In this document: in pieces, positions 48,328-61,535 of the stretch
Layout: each line of letters opens with the position of its first letter
Numbering within the stretch: position 1 is the first letter of the stretch
Assembly: GCF_024521635.1 (NCBI RefSeq)
Contig: NW_026250414.1
Span: 1 to 64,000, forward strand
Direction of reading: 5' to 3'
Length of the DNA stretch: 64,000 bases
Origin: Tricharina praecox
Lineage: Eukaryota
Notes under the pieces: model-generated
Told to the model about the DNA's origin: nothing
The model's database searches: none
The model's input: only the letters and a program-made list of their open reading frames with translations
Position numbers and translations under genes: made by a program

Positions 48328-51300
48328 CTAGTCGTCGGCCATTACTCCCTGCAAAACCCTCTCCAACTTCGCCCTGACACTTTCCCCTCCACTCGCACCC
48401 CCGCCGTCTCCACCCCCATCCCCCTCTTCCTCCTCGACATCAAACTCCTCTACAAACCTCCTCGCCGCGGCCTCAGCGACCTCCAACTCCCCCACCTCGC
48501 CCTCACTCAGCTGTACACAAGCGGAGACCAAGTCCTCACCCCTAGCCGCAAGCTGTATAATATCAATCGCGCGATCGACCGTCTCTTTATCGATGCCATT
48601 GAGCGTCGCACACACGGTCCCCAGGGAATCCAGTGTCCTCCCCGGCTTCAGCACGTACAGATACGTCACCTGGTCCTCTACCTCTTCCGCGTCACTATCG
48701 ATGGCGACGCTCATCTGGCCGCACCAGAGGTGGGCATGCGACAGGAGGAACGAGGACTCGAAGAGCTCGTGGTAGTGAGTTGAAGCGGCGACTTTGGGGC
48801 GCTGTGCGGAGGGGAGGTTCAACAGGTGCTCGAATACGGCGCACGCGAGACCCGCGCCGTCGGAGGCCGTCGTGCCTTTGCCGAATTCGTCGATTATCAA
48901 CAGGCTCCGGCTGGTCGCGAGGCGGAAGGATAGCGCGATCTGCTGCAGGTCGATCATGAAGGCGCTTTGTAGCTGGTCTATTTTAGAAATTTGCGGAGGT
49001 AAGGCAAATGAGAGGAGATACGTACTCGCGAGACACTCTCCCGCGTCTGGATACGCGTCAGGATCTTGTCCGTGATACCGATGATGGCGCTCTCTGCGGG
49101 AACGAAGCTGCCAATGTGTGCCATGTAGGTTATGAGTGCTATCTGCTTCAGGTAGACGCTTTTGCCAGAGAAATTCGGACCGGTAAGAAGGATCATGCTC
49201 GGCTCGTCGGATTCCCCGCTGGTCTCAGTGTCCGTTTCCGCGGTATCCCTTCCGCCAACCAGGTAACAATCGTTCGGAACATAAGAAGCAACGCATAGTT
49301 CTTGTAGAGGATGTCGGCCCTGCTTTATCTCCACGATGTTTTCCTCGGTGATTGTTGGGCATATGTACTTGTATTTGGCGGCACTTTCCGCAAGGGACAT
49401 AAGACTGATATCTGTCAATGCCATCTCCATCACTTTGAGTTGGGTAATAACATACCAGTCAAGCTCGGCGCACACCCTGACACACTCAATCAGCACATCT
49501 TCGCGCTCCAGAACGAGCATCTGCAGATCATAAATGAGCTCGATCTCACGATCTGATTCATCAGCAATCATTGACCTCCGAGCCCATTAGCAGGAGCATC
49601 TTACCTCCTATCATTCCCTCCACATCACCGTAGTCATTATCAAGCCCATCCATCTCCGGACTCTTGAAGTACGCGGCCCCATCCGAGCCGAACTCGTAGC
49701 GGTACCCCTCCTCCGACAACATCTCGGCAAACCCAAATGGCACCGACAAGAGGTATCCGTAGGTAGGGTACCAACCGACATTCACGTCACTCCAGATGTC
49801 CCTTGGCAGTCCCATGTTCGTTGCTACATCCACGGCCACCACCCGCAAGAAATCGGGCATGCCCGCCCACCGGTGTTTCAGATTGTCCAACGTGTCGTCG
49901 ACATGCCGCTTTACGGCAACACAGTTGAAGGCGGCTGACTCCTCAAAGTCGACCGTGTCGTAGATGAGCTGGCGTACCGCGTGTAGGCTGTTGACATCGA
50001 ATGTGTTCATGATCTAGGAATCTGTGAGCGAGTGATGATTATGGAGCAAGTAGTAGCAGACAAACCTTGTTGAAAATCGGAGTCCTCTGCTCGCCCACAA
50101 CATCCTGAATTATGGAGCGAATATTGAGCGCTTCGGTCGTGAATGTGAGCAGCGATGCGTACTCGCCGCCTCTCTGGCCGCTCCCCTTGCCTCTCTTCAA
50201 CTGTCCCAAAATCTTGGGAATGTTTTTGACCATCTTCAAACTCTTCTCAAGGGTTTTGAGAACATCCGAATTATCGTCTCGCAAAAGAATCGCCACGCCG
50301 GCTTGTCGTTCTCTGATCACGTCGATCGACAAGGATGGACGGAGGAACCATTGCTTCAGTAATCTCTGTCCCATCGGCGACCGGGTCGAGTTGATGATTC
50401 CTTCCAATCGTCAGTCGCGAGTAGTCTCCTGCCATGGAGATGGCATACCGAATAGTGAAAGGCCCTCTTTCCCTCGACCTCCCTTGCCCTGCATGTGAAA
50501 ATTCGGGTGGGATTCATTCTCGAATATCTGCAGACTGCAAATCGTGTCCGCGTTGACGAACCTAGCTCACCTGTCATTAGCGCTCCCGAGACACGGCCAT
50601 GACTCGCAGTACAACTCACATAACATCCGCCAACGAGAACAACTCGATACTGCGAATATGCAGCCCATCTCCACCATCACTGCCCTCCTCATTCGCCTTC
50701 CTCCTCTTGAGGTACGAGAGCACAGCTCCGGCACATCCGACACTAATCTTGCTATTCAGATCGATCCACGACGCCAGCTTCAACAGCTTTCCCTTCGACT
50801 GGCCCTGCGCGGAAACATCGTGGTGGTCGGTGGGAACAATTATCTCCGGCCCGTATTCCTGGCCGATATGCAGCGCCACCAACTTTCGCCGCCCACCGTC
50901 GTACGCGAACTCGCCGGCGGCACGGACTAGCACCCGGTATGGCTTCTCGGGCTCTTCCTCGTCGCCGTCTTCGCCCGTGGCGAGAGGCGCACGCTCAATG
51001 TCGTCCATGCGCGAGGAGAGGAGGAGGACGGTCGGGTTGACTTGGAATTTCACTATTTGCGGCCGCCGTCGTCGTCAGCTACGGTACCATCTACCCACCC
51101 ATCCACCCACCCACCCACAGATCGAGAGTCAACGTACGAGCATCAAAGCAGTCCGCCGACGGCAATTCCACATCCTCCATGAAACTCAGGGTCTCATCGG
51201 CAGCGGTATAATACGCGCACCCCATTTTCGAGCCTCGCTGGTCGACCGCCATGATGATGTGGTCAGAGCCGTCATCGCTGTCGCTGTCATTTTCGTCGTC

Positions 51301-51444
51301 GTCGGTCGTAGGGACGAGAGCGGTGCTGCCGCTGCGGTCGAGTGTCGCCCTGTTGCTTCCGCCCGTGCTCCCGCCCGTGCTGCTGGCCGCCCGCGAAAGC
51401 GAGCGGGAGTGGTCGAACCAGACGGAGTCTTCGCGGTAGGACAT
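48328..51444 (-). CDS. MSH5: MutS homolog 5 (meiotic crossover factor), multi-exon
   Basis: SLQIFENESHPN..KEGLSLFGI, QWFLRPS, Walker A TGPNFSGKSVYLKQIALITYMAHIGSFVPA, SAFMIDLQQI, IDEFGKGT..DG. Exons join without internal stops. Confidence 0.93.
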
Positions 51445-52637
51445 GGTGATGAGATGGCGATGGGTGTGGGCGGGCGAGAGGTGGAATAATAGGCGGGGCA
51501 TGGTTGCAATATGCGAGATCGGCTCGATCAGGATATGAGTTCTGGAAATGGCCACGAGCATGGATGGATTGCTTGAATTGACTGAGCAGCCGACAAGAAG
51601 ACTTAAGGCAATGGAATAAAATGAGAGCTGAGCGCCTCTATGGAAGAGAAGATTGGTTTGCTGATTTCATTCCGCCCACAATGCTATGGAGCTTGATTCG
51701 ATTGGGCTCGCTGAGTCATCGCCTCGGTACTCCCCAATATTGCTAACGAATACCATGCCATATACACTCTGTTACAACAAACCGCTCTCCATCAGTATCG
51801 TAAGGTTCACCTTTCACCGACATTGCAGGACGGCCTGATACTTACTTAGCCCCACCTAGCACCTTCTCCGGCCCAAACGCATCCGGCACGGAATAAACGT
51901 CCAATCTCCTTCTCCTCCCCAGCTCAGCCACCGAGACCAGTCGTCCGTGGGGACGCCGGGAACCTCGAGTGAATGCCCCCATGATGGAATGAGTACTGAC
52001 TCTACTCCATCACTCGTGCCGAAGACATAGATATCGTCGCGCGATGCAGGCGCTCACACCCGTTTCTGCGACTCCTTATCCGTGTGTAATAGGGAGCCGG
52101 CATAGCATGTACTACTATATACTTTTTCACTAGCCCTTTCTTCCATAGCGGTCTCAGAAGAGTGCCTGGCAGAGGGCTGCTGATGTCGAGGAACTTGTAG
52201 CTTCTACGTTCCATGTAGTGCCACCGGCATCGAGAGCGGGATCGCGAGCTTGGTCTCATGTATCATACATCGAGCGCCGTAGCTACGGCTCAAAAGTATG
52301 CCCGTCGGGCGGACATTGGCATCAGCCTGTGCCCACGAAGTCTCGAAGATGTGTTCGTGAAGGACTCCCGACGTATGTATGCAGCCATCTAGTATGTCAC
52401 TGGGATGCCTCGCGACGAGCTCGAAAGGATACGATATCATTGAAAATGCAGGTACATGTTCGTGATAAGAATGAAAAAGAAAAGGAAAAAGATATGCGCC
52501 ATAAAACTGATAAACAAAACCCCCCGTATTCGCGATGAAAGAAAAGAAGAAAAAAAAAGATATTCACCATAAAACTGGGGAAAAAACCCCCCCATATTCG
52601 CAATAAAAATGGAAAGAAAAAAACAGCTCCCTGAGCC

Positions 52638-52973
52638 TTAAGACTCCCCGCCTGCACCCTCCTCTTCATCCATATCGTCCTCTCCGCCTTCCACATATCC
52701 CTCGTCTTCATCCTCGTCAATCTCCATCTCGTCCCCCTCTTCGTCCTCTTCGTCACTGTCATCGTCACTGTCATCGTCCTCCTCTTCGCCGGCGGCTTCA
52801 GCGGAGCGGGCCAGAAGATATAAGGCCATTAAGGCCACAATCTGGAGATAGTCCACATATGCAACCTCCTCCTTGGGAATCTCGTTTGGGGGGGAGGTGG
52901 GGGGTTGATGGTGAAACCCATGTTTCCCGCTGTTCGGTTGTTTTGAGTTGCGGCTTTGGTTGGTTGTAGTCAT
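52638..52973 (-). CDS. Acidic-ORF module, copy 3: intact 111-aa protein with a hydrophobic helix and D/E tail
   Basis: MTTTNQSRNSKQPNSGKHGFHHQPPTSPPNEIPKEEVAYVDYLQIVALMALYLLARS..EEEDDDSDDD..DEDEDEGY; lies in a repeat homologous to 2835-4155 and 46140-47237. Confidence 0.5.
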   Translation of the reverse strand: MTTTNQSRNSKQPNSGKHGFHHQPPTSPPNEIPKEEVAYVDYLQIVALMALYLLARSAEAAGEEEDDDSDDDSDEEDEEGDEMEIDEDEDEGYVEGGEDDMDEEEGAGGES

Positions 52974-54375
52974 GGGTTCGGTGGTTTGATTCTGAGGTTG
53001 ACAGTGTGGAGGGAGGGGATGGAGGAAGAAGGGAGGGAAGAAGGGAAGGAGGAAGAAGGTGGAGAGGGGACTCACGAGGTGGTTGGAGCTGAGGTCATGG
53101 AGCTGAATCGCTATCGAGGCCTGTTTCTTGTGCTCGTTTTTGTTCATTCGTTAATCGCATGCGGCCTATGTAGATTATGGCAACATCACCACGTTTACCG
53201 TCCTGCCCTCTAAGCCACTGTCCAACCCAACTCTCATCATCAGGGGGCCCAATCCGGCTTTGCCTGCCCCCGCGATATCGACGCTGGTGACTACTGTCAA
53301 CGCACATGATCTCACTCACCTATAGAGTGATGCGGCGAGACGTGTCTGAGGACCAAGCAGGTGTGGGCAGTTACATCTTACGACAGCTTCGATTCAGAGC
53401 CCGATTGTGATGGCCCATTGGTCGGCGAGGAGGGATCAGCCATAGCAATGGCCACCTCTCTAGCCGCAGAACCGCCACTAGCGGCTGTCGCAACCTGGAT
53501 CCGCGCGCACAATATTGGAGTTCTTTCTGAGCATTTCCCGTAAAATAGTTCCAACGAAGCCTCCCACCCGTCATTTGCCTCTCGCCCTACATTTGCCGCC
53601 CACTCACCACGGACACGCTGCAGAATCTGTTATCTTGGTGTTTATACACGGTGAGTGCCGCATTTCTGTGAGCCGGCTAACGCCACAATCTAAGATCTCT
53701 TAAGCGCGGCTAACGTCAATGGCTGCTGCAGCACCGCATCCACCGAATCGATCGAGCAGCCCGTGTGTACTGTACTAGTACGCACGAGAAAGAATGGGAG
53801 GAGAACTGGCGCTAGTTATGTAGAATAGCTCCCCCTGCTCCGCCACCTGCACCTCCTCCTCCTCTGACGTCGACGACAGCGAGCGAGCCTTGTGCATTCG
53901 ACTGTGACAGCGCATGGTATGCGCTTCCGTTACGCTCAAGTCTAGTCCTGCCCCGCCCCCTCCCCCCCCCCCCTTCCGCCCCTCACCCCTCACCCCTCCC
54001 CCCTGTCGTAATCTACAACATTCGAAGCCACACACACACTTTGGTCCCGTGGGAACGAGTATGTTTCTGTGAGTAGTCACTCCCTGGTCAGTCAACTAGC
54101 CGTAAGGAAGATCGGTTGTGGGTGCGTCGGCTAGGGGGGCGAGAGAAGTATACGTGCAGGAGGCTGAATGAGGCTGGTGGCTGTCGAGATGTGATCGGTG
54201 TAGGTACAGCAGCACCAAAGTACTATCACATTCAGCGGAGGTGACGGGAGGTGGACTTCCAAGTCTACATGCGCCAGTCGCTCTGAGTAACGTCGGTGCA
54301 GTAGGTAGCAACATCACTAGCCATCACACATCACCAGCCGCCTTTACATACTCATTTTTAAACACATCCCCTTCC

Positions 54376-55524
54376 CTACACCTCCGAAAACACCAAAAAC
54401 CGAACCTCGATACTCCTCCTCGGCACTGTGCCCTCTCTATGCGGCAGTGCATGCGTGAACGCGCCATGGGGGACACACTTTGCGGGCACAGCCGCATCGC
54501 TATCGAACACCTTGAACACGCAGCACTCGCCATCCGTCATGCGGCTCTGGTAGTAGAACTCAAACTTGTCCGAGTACATCGCCATGTAGTTGCGCCGCAC
54601 TACCGTGCGGTCCACGAACTCCACCTCGAGGAAGTCCGCCCGGCAAGAGGTGCGTGCGTCGCACACTGTCAGGCTCACGTCTTCGACGAGCGGGGTGATG
54701 GGGCGCCAGACGCTGGGGTGAGGTGTTAGCTCGTGGGGAGGGGAGGGGAGGCGGGGCGTGGGAGACGAACGTAAATAGCCGCACCCGGTACTTCGCGATC
54801 AGCGAGTCGACGTCCTGCAGGTTCCGATGCATCCAGCCGAGGACGCCGGCGGGGCTCTGGTCTGGGATGCGAGGGTCAGTACTACCGTAGCAGCGCGAGG
54901 GAGAGAGGGATGGAGGGAGAGGTACTCTACATACCGGCATGAATCACCGGCACGGGCGGAATCACCGCCATGTAGTTGTGCACGTCGGGGTTCCCGTAGT
55001 CTTTCAGCGTCGCGTCTCGCATCTGCACGGCTTGCTCGTTAGAACGTGAGGTCTTGGTCTTGAACATTGCCCGCGCTCGCTGCTGCTAATTCCAATGTCC
55101 TCCCTGCCATCATTCCCCCATCGCTACATCTGCGTTCCCGAACGAACCTTCCGCCCGCAGCACCCGCCCCCCCTCTCCCGAGACTCACCCTAAAATCAAA
55201 AACCTCCGCCCTAACCACCTGCCCCCCCAGCAGATCCTTCAACCACCCCTCCACCACCGGAAAATACTTCTTCCTCAGCGCCTCCTCATCCCCATAATCA
55301 ATCCCGCTCGGCGGCTGGAAAGGCTTGTAAACGAAGCCATGCGTATCAAGCCCGAACTCTTCCTCTCGACCGCGCACGTCGCGGATCAGCTGCGGCGGGC
55401 CGAGCGTGTACTCGATATTGGTGTACGGATACCCAGGCGGCAGCTTCTCGAACACGTAGTAGGGGATCTCGCGCGTGTAGAGGGGGAGCGAGGAGATGTA
55501 TAGGAGGCGGGTGGATTCGTCCAT
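54376..55524 (-). CDS. AsaB/CmcJ-like hydroxylase/desaturase family protein, three introns
   Basis: IRDVRGREEEFGLDTHGF, spliced HAD (HxD) motif, VWRPI..LTVCDART, PHGAF..RRSIEVR. Confidence 0.85.
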
Positions 55525-56881
55525 TGTCGCTGGCGTTAAGGGATGGGAGATGGGAGAGGCGGACTGCTCTGGAATGTTGCGGATTTGCAGGGCGGCGGAG
55601 ATGGTGGCGAGTGATATTCTCTGAACCGCATGAGCGGGGAGGGGGGTGCGGGCGGGGCGCCGGAACACCGATTATGCAACGGGCGAGAGGGGAACGGGGG
55701 GGGACAAGGCCCAACCCGACTGTAGGCGGATGTGCTTTAGATCATATGTCGCTGGATTACGACGGCCTAATGGTAGTTCGTGCGAGTGATCCCTGCAGCG
55801 CGTCTTCGGAGCAGTAGGTCGGAGCAGTGGAGGGGCTTGCAGGGCACCCTGCAGCTGTCAGATGCCCACTACGGTCCCGTGCCCTTCCCCGCCGTACAGA
55901 TGATGGGGCTCATGGATGCTGGCTCGCGCGGGGGGTTTTACGGTGTATTGGCATGCAGCGTTTGTTGCTCAAGCCTCAATGGCAGGCGGAGAGGAGGCGA
56001 GAGGAGGAGGATGAATAGGAGCAGTAGGGCAGTGAGGTTGATGGGCCTAGCTGACCCCCGCTGTTCCTCCCCCTCCTCAGAATCGGACATGGAAACGGAG
56101 GGTGTGCGTGTACTAGCACCAGTATTGCCATGATCCCGACAGAGAGTCGCATGCAATCGATGATCGATGATTGAAGCAAAAAGAAAGTTCTACCCACCTA
56201 GTATATAGGCCAACTAGGAGCTGCAGAATTTTATGCTAGTTTACGTCTTCGACGTTTGATACGGATGTGCGTATGATACGCACTCTATATACAAGCACAG
56301 TGCGTAGCCCGCAACCCCCCCACTACCGGTATCTATTCTAACTCGCTTCTTCCGCTCTCACTCCCGCTATTCCCGTGCAAGCAAGCAGTGTTTCCAGACG
56401 CAATTCAACTTTAGGAGGCAGTCTAGGTAGTGCTTCTACGATGGCCGCCTCTACCGGCGATGCAGTGTTGACTACCCCGCCTCTCATCGTTTCCACCACC
56501 CCGCCCCACCCCCACGAGCTGGTGCGGGGCTACGTACGGCCTGCTAGCTGATCGCCGCCGTCACGAGCGATCCATGCTTATCAAACCTTCCGCAGTTGTC
56601 GCGCACACTACTGGTATATGTATAGACTACCAGAAACTGACATTCTTCTGCAGGGCGCAGGATATAAAGTCCACGCATACTCCCTGCCAGTCGATCACTG
56701 CACCGCACCGCCTGCACTTTTTGCGCCGCACAGGAAACCTCGCGAAACCTCTCGCTTCGCAAGTGTGTTGCCCCCCCCCCCCCCCCGGTCCACAGATAGA
56801 GGTACCTACAGCCCGCTCACCTCCCTGTAGCTCCCCAGCTGCCCCATCACCACCACCACAACCACCCCAGCAACAGCAACC

Positions 56882-57208
56882 ATGGCCGACACCGACAAAC
56901 CCGCCGACAAACCCGCCGCCGACGCCCCGAAGCAACCCACCCCGGCCTCAAAACAACTCACCTCCGCTTCGAACCTAACCTACACCACCGCCGCCGCCAC
57001 CGACGAGGCACAGAAAGCATTCGGCATCACCAAGCATGACATACGCGCACGGCCGTACAAGAACCTCCCGGTCGACACCGAAGCTAGCGAGGCCGCAGAG
57101 TGCGCGGAGAATAAGGGGAGCAAGGCCGAGGCCGAGGACGAGAACAAGGACGATCCCGGCCACGGACCTGGGCCGGTGCCGAGGCCGCCGCCCGCGACGG
57201 GGTTTTGA
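56882..57208 (+). CDS. Hypothetical 108-aa hydrophilic protein
   Basis: ATG in CAACCATGG context, TATAAA at about 56663, GC3-rich codons, AATAAA after the stop. Confidence 0.55.
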   Translation: MADTDKPADKPAADAPKQPTPASKQLTSASNLTYTTAAATDEAQKAFGITKHDIRARPYKNLPVDTEASEAAECAENKGSKAEAEDENKDDPGHGPGPVPRPPPATGF

Positions 57209-57757
57209 ATGGGGGATGCGGGAGATGGGGGGGATGGGATAAATAAATAAATGTCTATGATCAGTGTCGAGACTGGGTTTGGTGAAGTGCTAATGTGTTA
57301 TCGCGGATGTCGAGTAATCTCCGTTAGGTAAGTACTATCTAGATGATGGCATACGCAGATTCGGTCATTGTAGTTGCAGTGCCAAGTTCTTCGCATCATC
57401 AAAAGGATATACCCCCAATGAAACGACATATCGTTCCAAAACTCCGTCCCAAACATTGTCCTAAAACCCCATCCCAAAATTCTATCCCAAAACGTCGTGC
57501 CAAAACGCTACCCCCTTCATCCCCTCTCTATAGCTAAGTACCGCCTACTATCCATTACGACATGAGTGATAAACACGGCCCTCCAAAACTCGTATTAATG
57601 TACAAGCCAAGGAAAAATCCACTTCATCAGACCCAGCATCCACGATCTCATATATGCCAGTGAACCGCCAGTTTGTTACAGCCCACTACTCCATTGCTAC
57701 CCTATCATGCACCAGTGGGAGTGATCGGGAGTTTACCGCCCCCCCCCCCCCCCCCCC

Positions 57758-60700
57758 TCAATCAAGCCCAATCCCAAAACTCCCCTCCTCCGGCATCACC
57801 CCGGGCATCAACTTCAGCAACCCAACCATCACCGCAGGCGAAACAATCATGTCCCCCGCATCCCCCGGCACCTCCCCAAACCTCCCCATCAACAGTTCAC
57901 ACACACGCATAACCTTCAGCGGGCTGAGCTTGCCAGCGGGAATCCCGCCGCTTATCCCACCGACGCCCAGCGCGTGCCGCCCCGCCTCCATCGGGACTAG
58001 ATGGTCGAACCGCGCTTCTTCGGACATGGCCGCGGCGGTGGACGGGGGGAGGTAGGTGGTGTGTGTGCGCCAGAGGTTGGAGAGTGTTTTGCGCGCGGTG
58101 GATTGGAGGGTGTGTGCTTCTAGGTGGCGGGAGGTGGGGGTGGTGGGGGTGAGGATTGGGCTTGGGGGTGGAGAAGGTGGACCGGACGTGGAGGGGCCAA
58201 CGGCGGTATTAGTACTGCTGCCGCTCTTGGAGTCCCGCAGAAGGATTAGTTGGCCGAGACGGAACTCGGCGCGGATTCGGCTCTCGAGTGGCCACTCGTC
58301 GGGTTGGGAGAGTGACTGCCGGAGGTGGGTTCTGGTGGTGGGATTAGCTGGTTTTCTAGGTAAATGGCAGACTCGACAGTGGGACTCATTGGAGGGGGGG
58401 ACAAACTCAGCCTCCTCAAATTTTCCACGCTTCTGTTCCAGCATCGCGAGAAGATAATACGTATCCAGCGTGCATCTGGCCGATGGGCCAAACAGCTTGA
58501 CACGATTATCCAGCGTGTACAGCAGCCTCTCATGCGCATCCTCTATGTGATCCGCACTCAACCAGATATTCGCCCAGAGGAAGTGAAAGATCTGGAACGC
58601 CACGAAGTATTTCCCATCCTGCGGCATATCCTCCATCTTTGGTATGAGCTCCATCGCTTCCGGGTATCGTCCCGCCGCGGCGAGAGCCACAGCAACGTTC
58701 CGCACGTTTTCGCAGCTGGGGAGCTCATGCTCGTCGCCGAGGAGCCGGCGTCGGATAGCGATGGCGAGCTCACTCACTGCGTGTACATCATCCCAGGCCT
58801 CGAAGTCGATGAGGGCTAGACCAAGGTTCCCCCAAGCGGCGGCATAATTGAGCACATCGTCGAGGGTGACCTCGTTCGGCTCGACAGTATTGATCCAGTG
58901 CTGACGCAGAGCCAGGGCCTTCTGGAAGCGGTGGAGGTTTCCCACACGCCCGGCAATGCCGGAGTTGCAGCGCACCGACGCCGCAATCGTGTGCACGTTT
59001 GCGCGCTGCATCTCGTGTCCACTGGTGCGTGAGAGCAGGCCGCAGATCGACTCCGCGGTGTCGCTCGCTCGCAGACCGTCGGAGAACAGGTTGCGCTCCC
59101 AGAAGTAGTTGCTGCAGTCGCTGAGCATCGTCGCGAAGTCGATGCAGGGCGGAGGCGGCCGCGCGGTGCTGGTGTACACGGCGCGAAGCGTCATTACGTG
59201 AGAGGAGTACCGCTCGCATTGGTCCCAGATGTCGTTCTGCGGAAGTTGGATGTTGGAGCCCCGTGGGAAGACGGCTCGGATCAGGAGGAAGGCCGTCATG
59301 AACGTCTGCCGGAAACGCTCGGGATCGTTGTCGAGTCGGTGCAGTAAACTGCGTTGCAGCGAACGGTGCATCACTAGGTGTTTGGTTCCGCCGATGTACA
59401 CGCGGTCCACCAGGTGCCGTGTGAGCAGAGACCGAAGCATCTCCTGGAAGCTATACCGTATAGTTTAGTATTGTCCTCAGCGAATGGCCGGACCACGTAC
59501 CAAGCACATAAGACGGGACGGGGGAGAACGGTACCGCATCAGGTCCGGAGCAGCCAGAAATGCAAGCTCCGGCTCGGTGTGCACACCGTAGAGCATACCC
59601 TCGGGTACTCCGTCCGGATTCAACATGCTCAACGTCTGCACCAGTCTCAGTGCATCGGGATTCTGTCGCTCGAGCCTGTTCAATGCCAGGTCCCAGACCA
59701 CGCCGAGTCTTTTCTCGTATTGGAAAGTGCTCATGTTTCCCTCACTGGCAAAGATATGCGCGCTGTTGCTCCGCTCCTGAAACAGCAGCAGAAAGTCTTC
59801 AAACCCAGCCTTGCTCTCGTAGATGTATCCGGCGACGTGTGCGATCGCAAGCGGCAGTCCGCCTAACTCATCTGCGATCCGATTCGCCTGTCCACTGGCG
59901 TCCGCGGGGGCGTCGACATTGACATGATGGTTCAACTTGAGCAGCAATCGGCCACCCTCCGCCTTCGGGAACGGCTGCAGGCGCACCTCTGAGCGTGTGA
60001 CCTGCGCCAGACTCGCATTCTGACTCGTCAGCAACAGGGCCCCCCCACGCGACGGCCAGTACGGCTTCAGCGAGGCCCAGTCCTCAGCATTGTCGAAGAT
60101 CAGCAGCCACCGGCGCTCGCACGCCTCGAGCCACTGCTTGACCATCTCCGACAGCGCGCGGCTCAGTCCGGCGGTGCCGGCGTCGAGCCGCAGTGCCCGC
60201 GCCAGCGCCGCCACGCTGTCAGACAGCTCCGCATCCGTCTCCGCCCGGATCCAGAATATGTAGTCGTACGCGAAGCGGTAGCGGTGCGTGTACTCGATCG
60301 CGACCTGTGTTTTCCCCAGCCCGCCGATTCCGTGCACCACGGTCGCGCGCTGCCCGTGAACATCCCCGCCCGCAACTTCGCTGTTGAGTTGGCTGTGCAG
60401 CAGCTCCAGTGCGTCGTCGCGCCCGCAGAAGTAGGGGTTCCGCTGGTACGGCACCATGTACAGACTCTCGGGGACCCGGGGAGCTATGGTCACGTGTGGC
60501 AGCGCGGCGTCGATGCGCTCTTTGACTTCCTGGACGGTGCGCGCTCCCCGCACTACCTCTTGGTCGACCGCCAGCTGCCGCTGCCGTTCGAAACGTGAAA
60601 CGTGGCTCTTGATGTTCGCTTTCGAGGTTCGGAATTTGCGCTCGACTGTGCTCCAGAAAATCCGCAGGAGATTGTCTACCGTACGTACACACCGGCGTCA

Positions 60701-61535
60701 GTCACCCCAATTTCCCCGCAAATCTTGTTCTTTTTCTTCTTCATCGCAGTCAGTGGAGAAAAAGAAACATACGGATGGGAAACCTCATAAAGAACTTGAG
60801 CGCGGTGATGCAAAACCCGACATAGTCATCGATCAGCGCACGCATACAGACACGCAGGGCGGCATCGCCGGGAAATAGATCGATATATCTCGACAGCTGA
60901 TCGAGCGTGAGCGTGAGGTCACTGAACATATCGACAATCATCTCCATGATATCCGAGAACTTGCTCGCGACGACGATGAGGGCCATGAGCACGCCCCAGA
61001 CAAAGCTAGCGACACTACCACTCGCCTGCATTATCGTCGTCGTGCTGAGCAGGAACGTATTGAGCCGGTCGAGCACGGGCGTGAGCAACAGCACATGCCG
61101 TGCTATGTTCCGGTCGCCGTACCGCTCCTGCTCTGTCGCCAGCGTGCTCCGGAAGTTGTGGTACGACAGCAGCTGCGGCAGCACCGCTGAGTACTTGCGC
61201 CGTGACAGTCGGTGCCGCTGCCGCCGCAGCGCCTCATCCCAGTCCGCCTCGATTCCGTCGGCTGCGCCCCCCAGTGGGGGCGCGCCGTACGAAAGGAACG
61301 GTAGGTGCGACGTTGCGGCAAGGTACGGTCTCTTGAGGGACAGCATGGTTGGGTCGGAGGTGGTAGTAGGTGGTGGCGGAGCGACTGCTATGGGGGTTAT
61401 TGTGTCGCTGTGCTTTCCGGTGCGTGATCGCTCGTGGTTTTCATTGATTGAGTTCGGTGCAGGCTTACAGGGGGGGATTTCTTCCATGAGATGTGTGTTT
61501 ACGGTGGCGTCTTCCTTATCAATCGCAGGTGCCAT
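57758..61535 (-). CDS. Fungal NLR (STAND) protein: helical N-terminal domain, NB-ARC, TPR; three introns
   Basis: N-terminal ASFVWGVL..YIDLFP helical domain, VPYQRNPYFCGR, Walker A GIGGLGKT, Walker B WLLIFDNAE, GGLPLAI, then TPR-like helices. Introns join in frame; the start Met is uncertain. Confidence 0.88.

Noticed and set aside
48328-51444. Premature stops in MSH5 needing sexual-stage RNA editing
   Set aside because: All apparent stops fall within canonical introns; the spliced frame is open.
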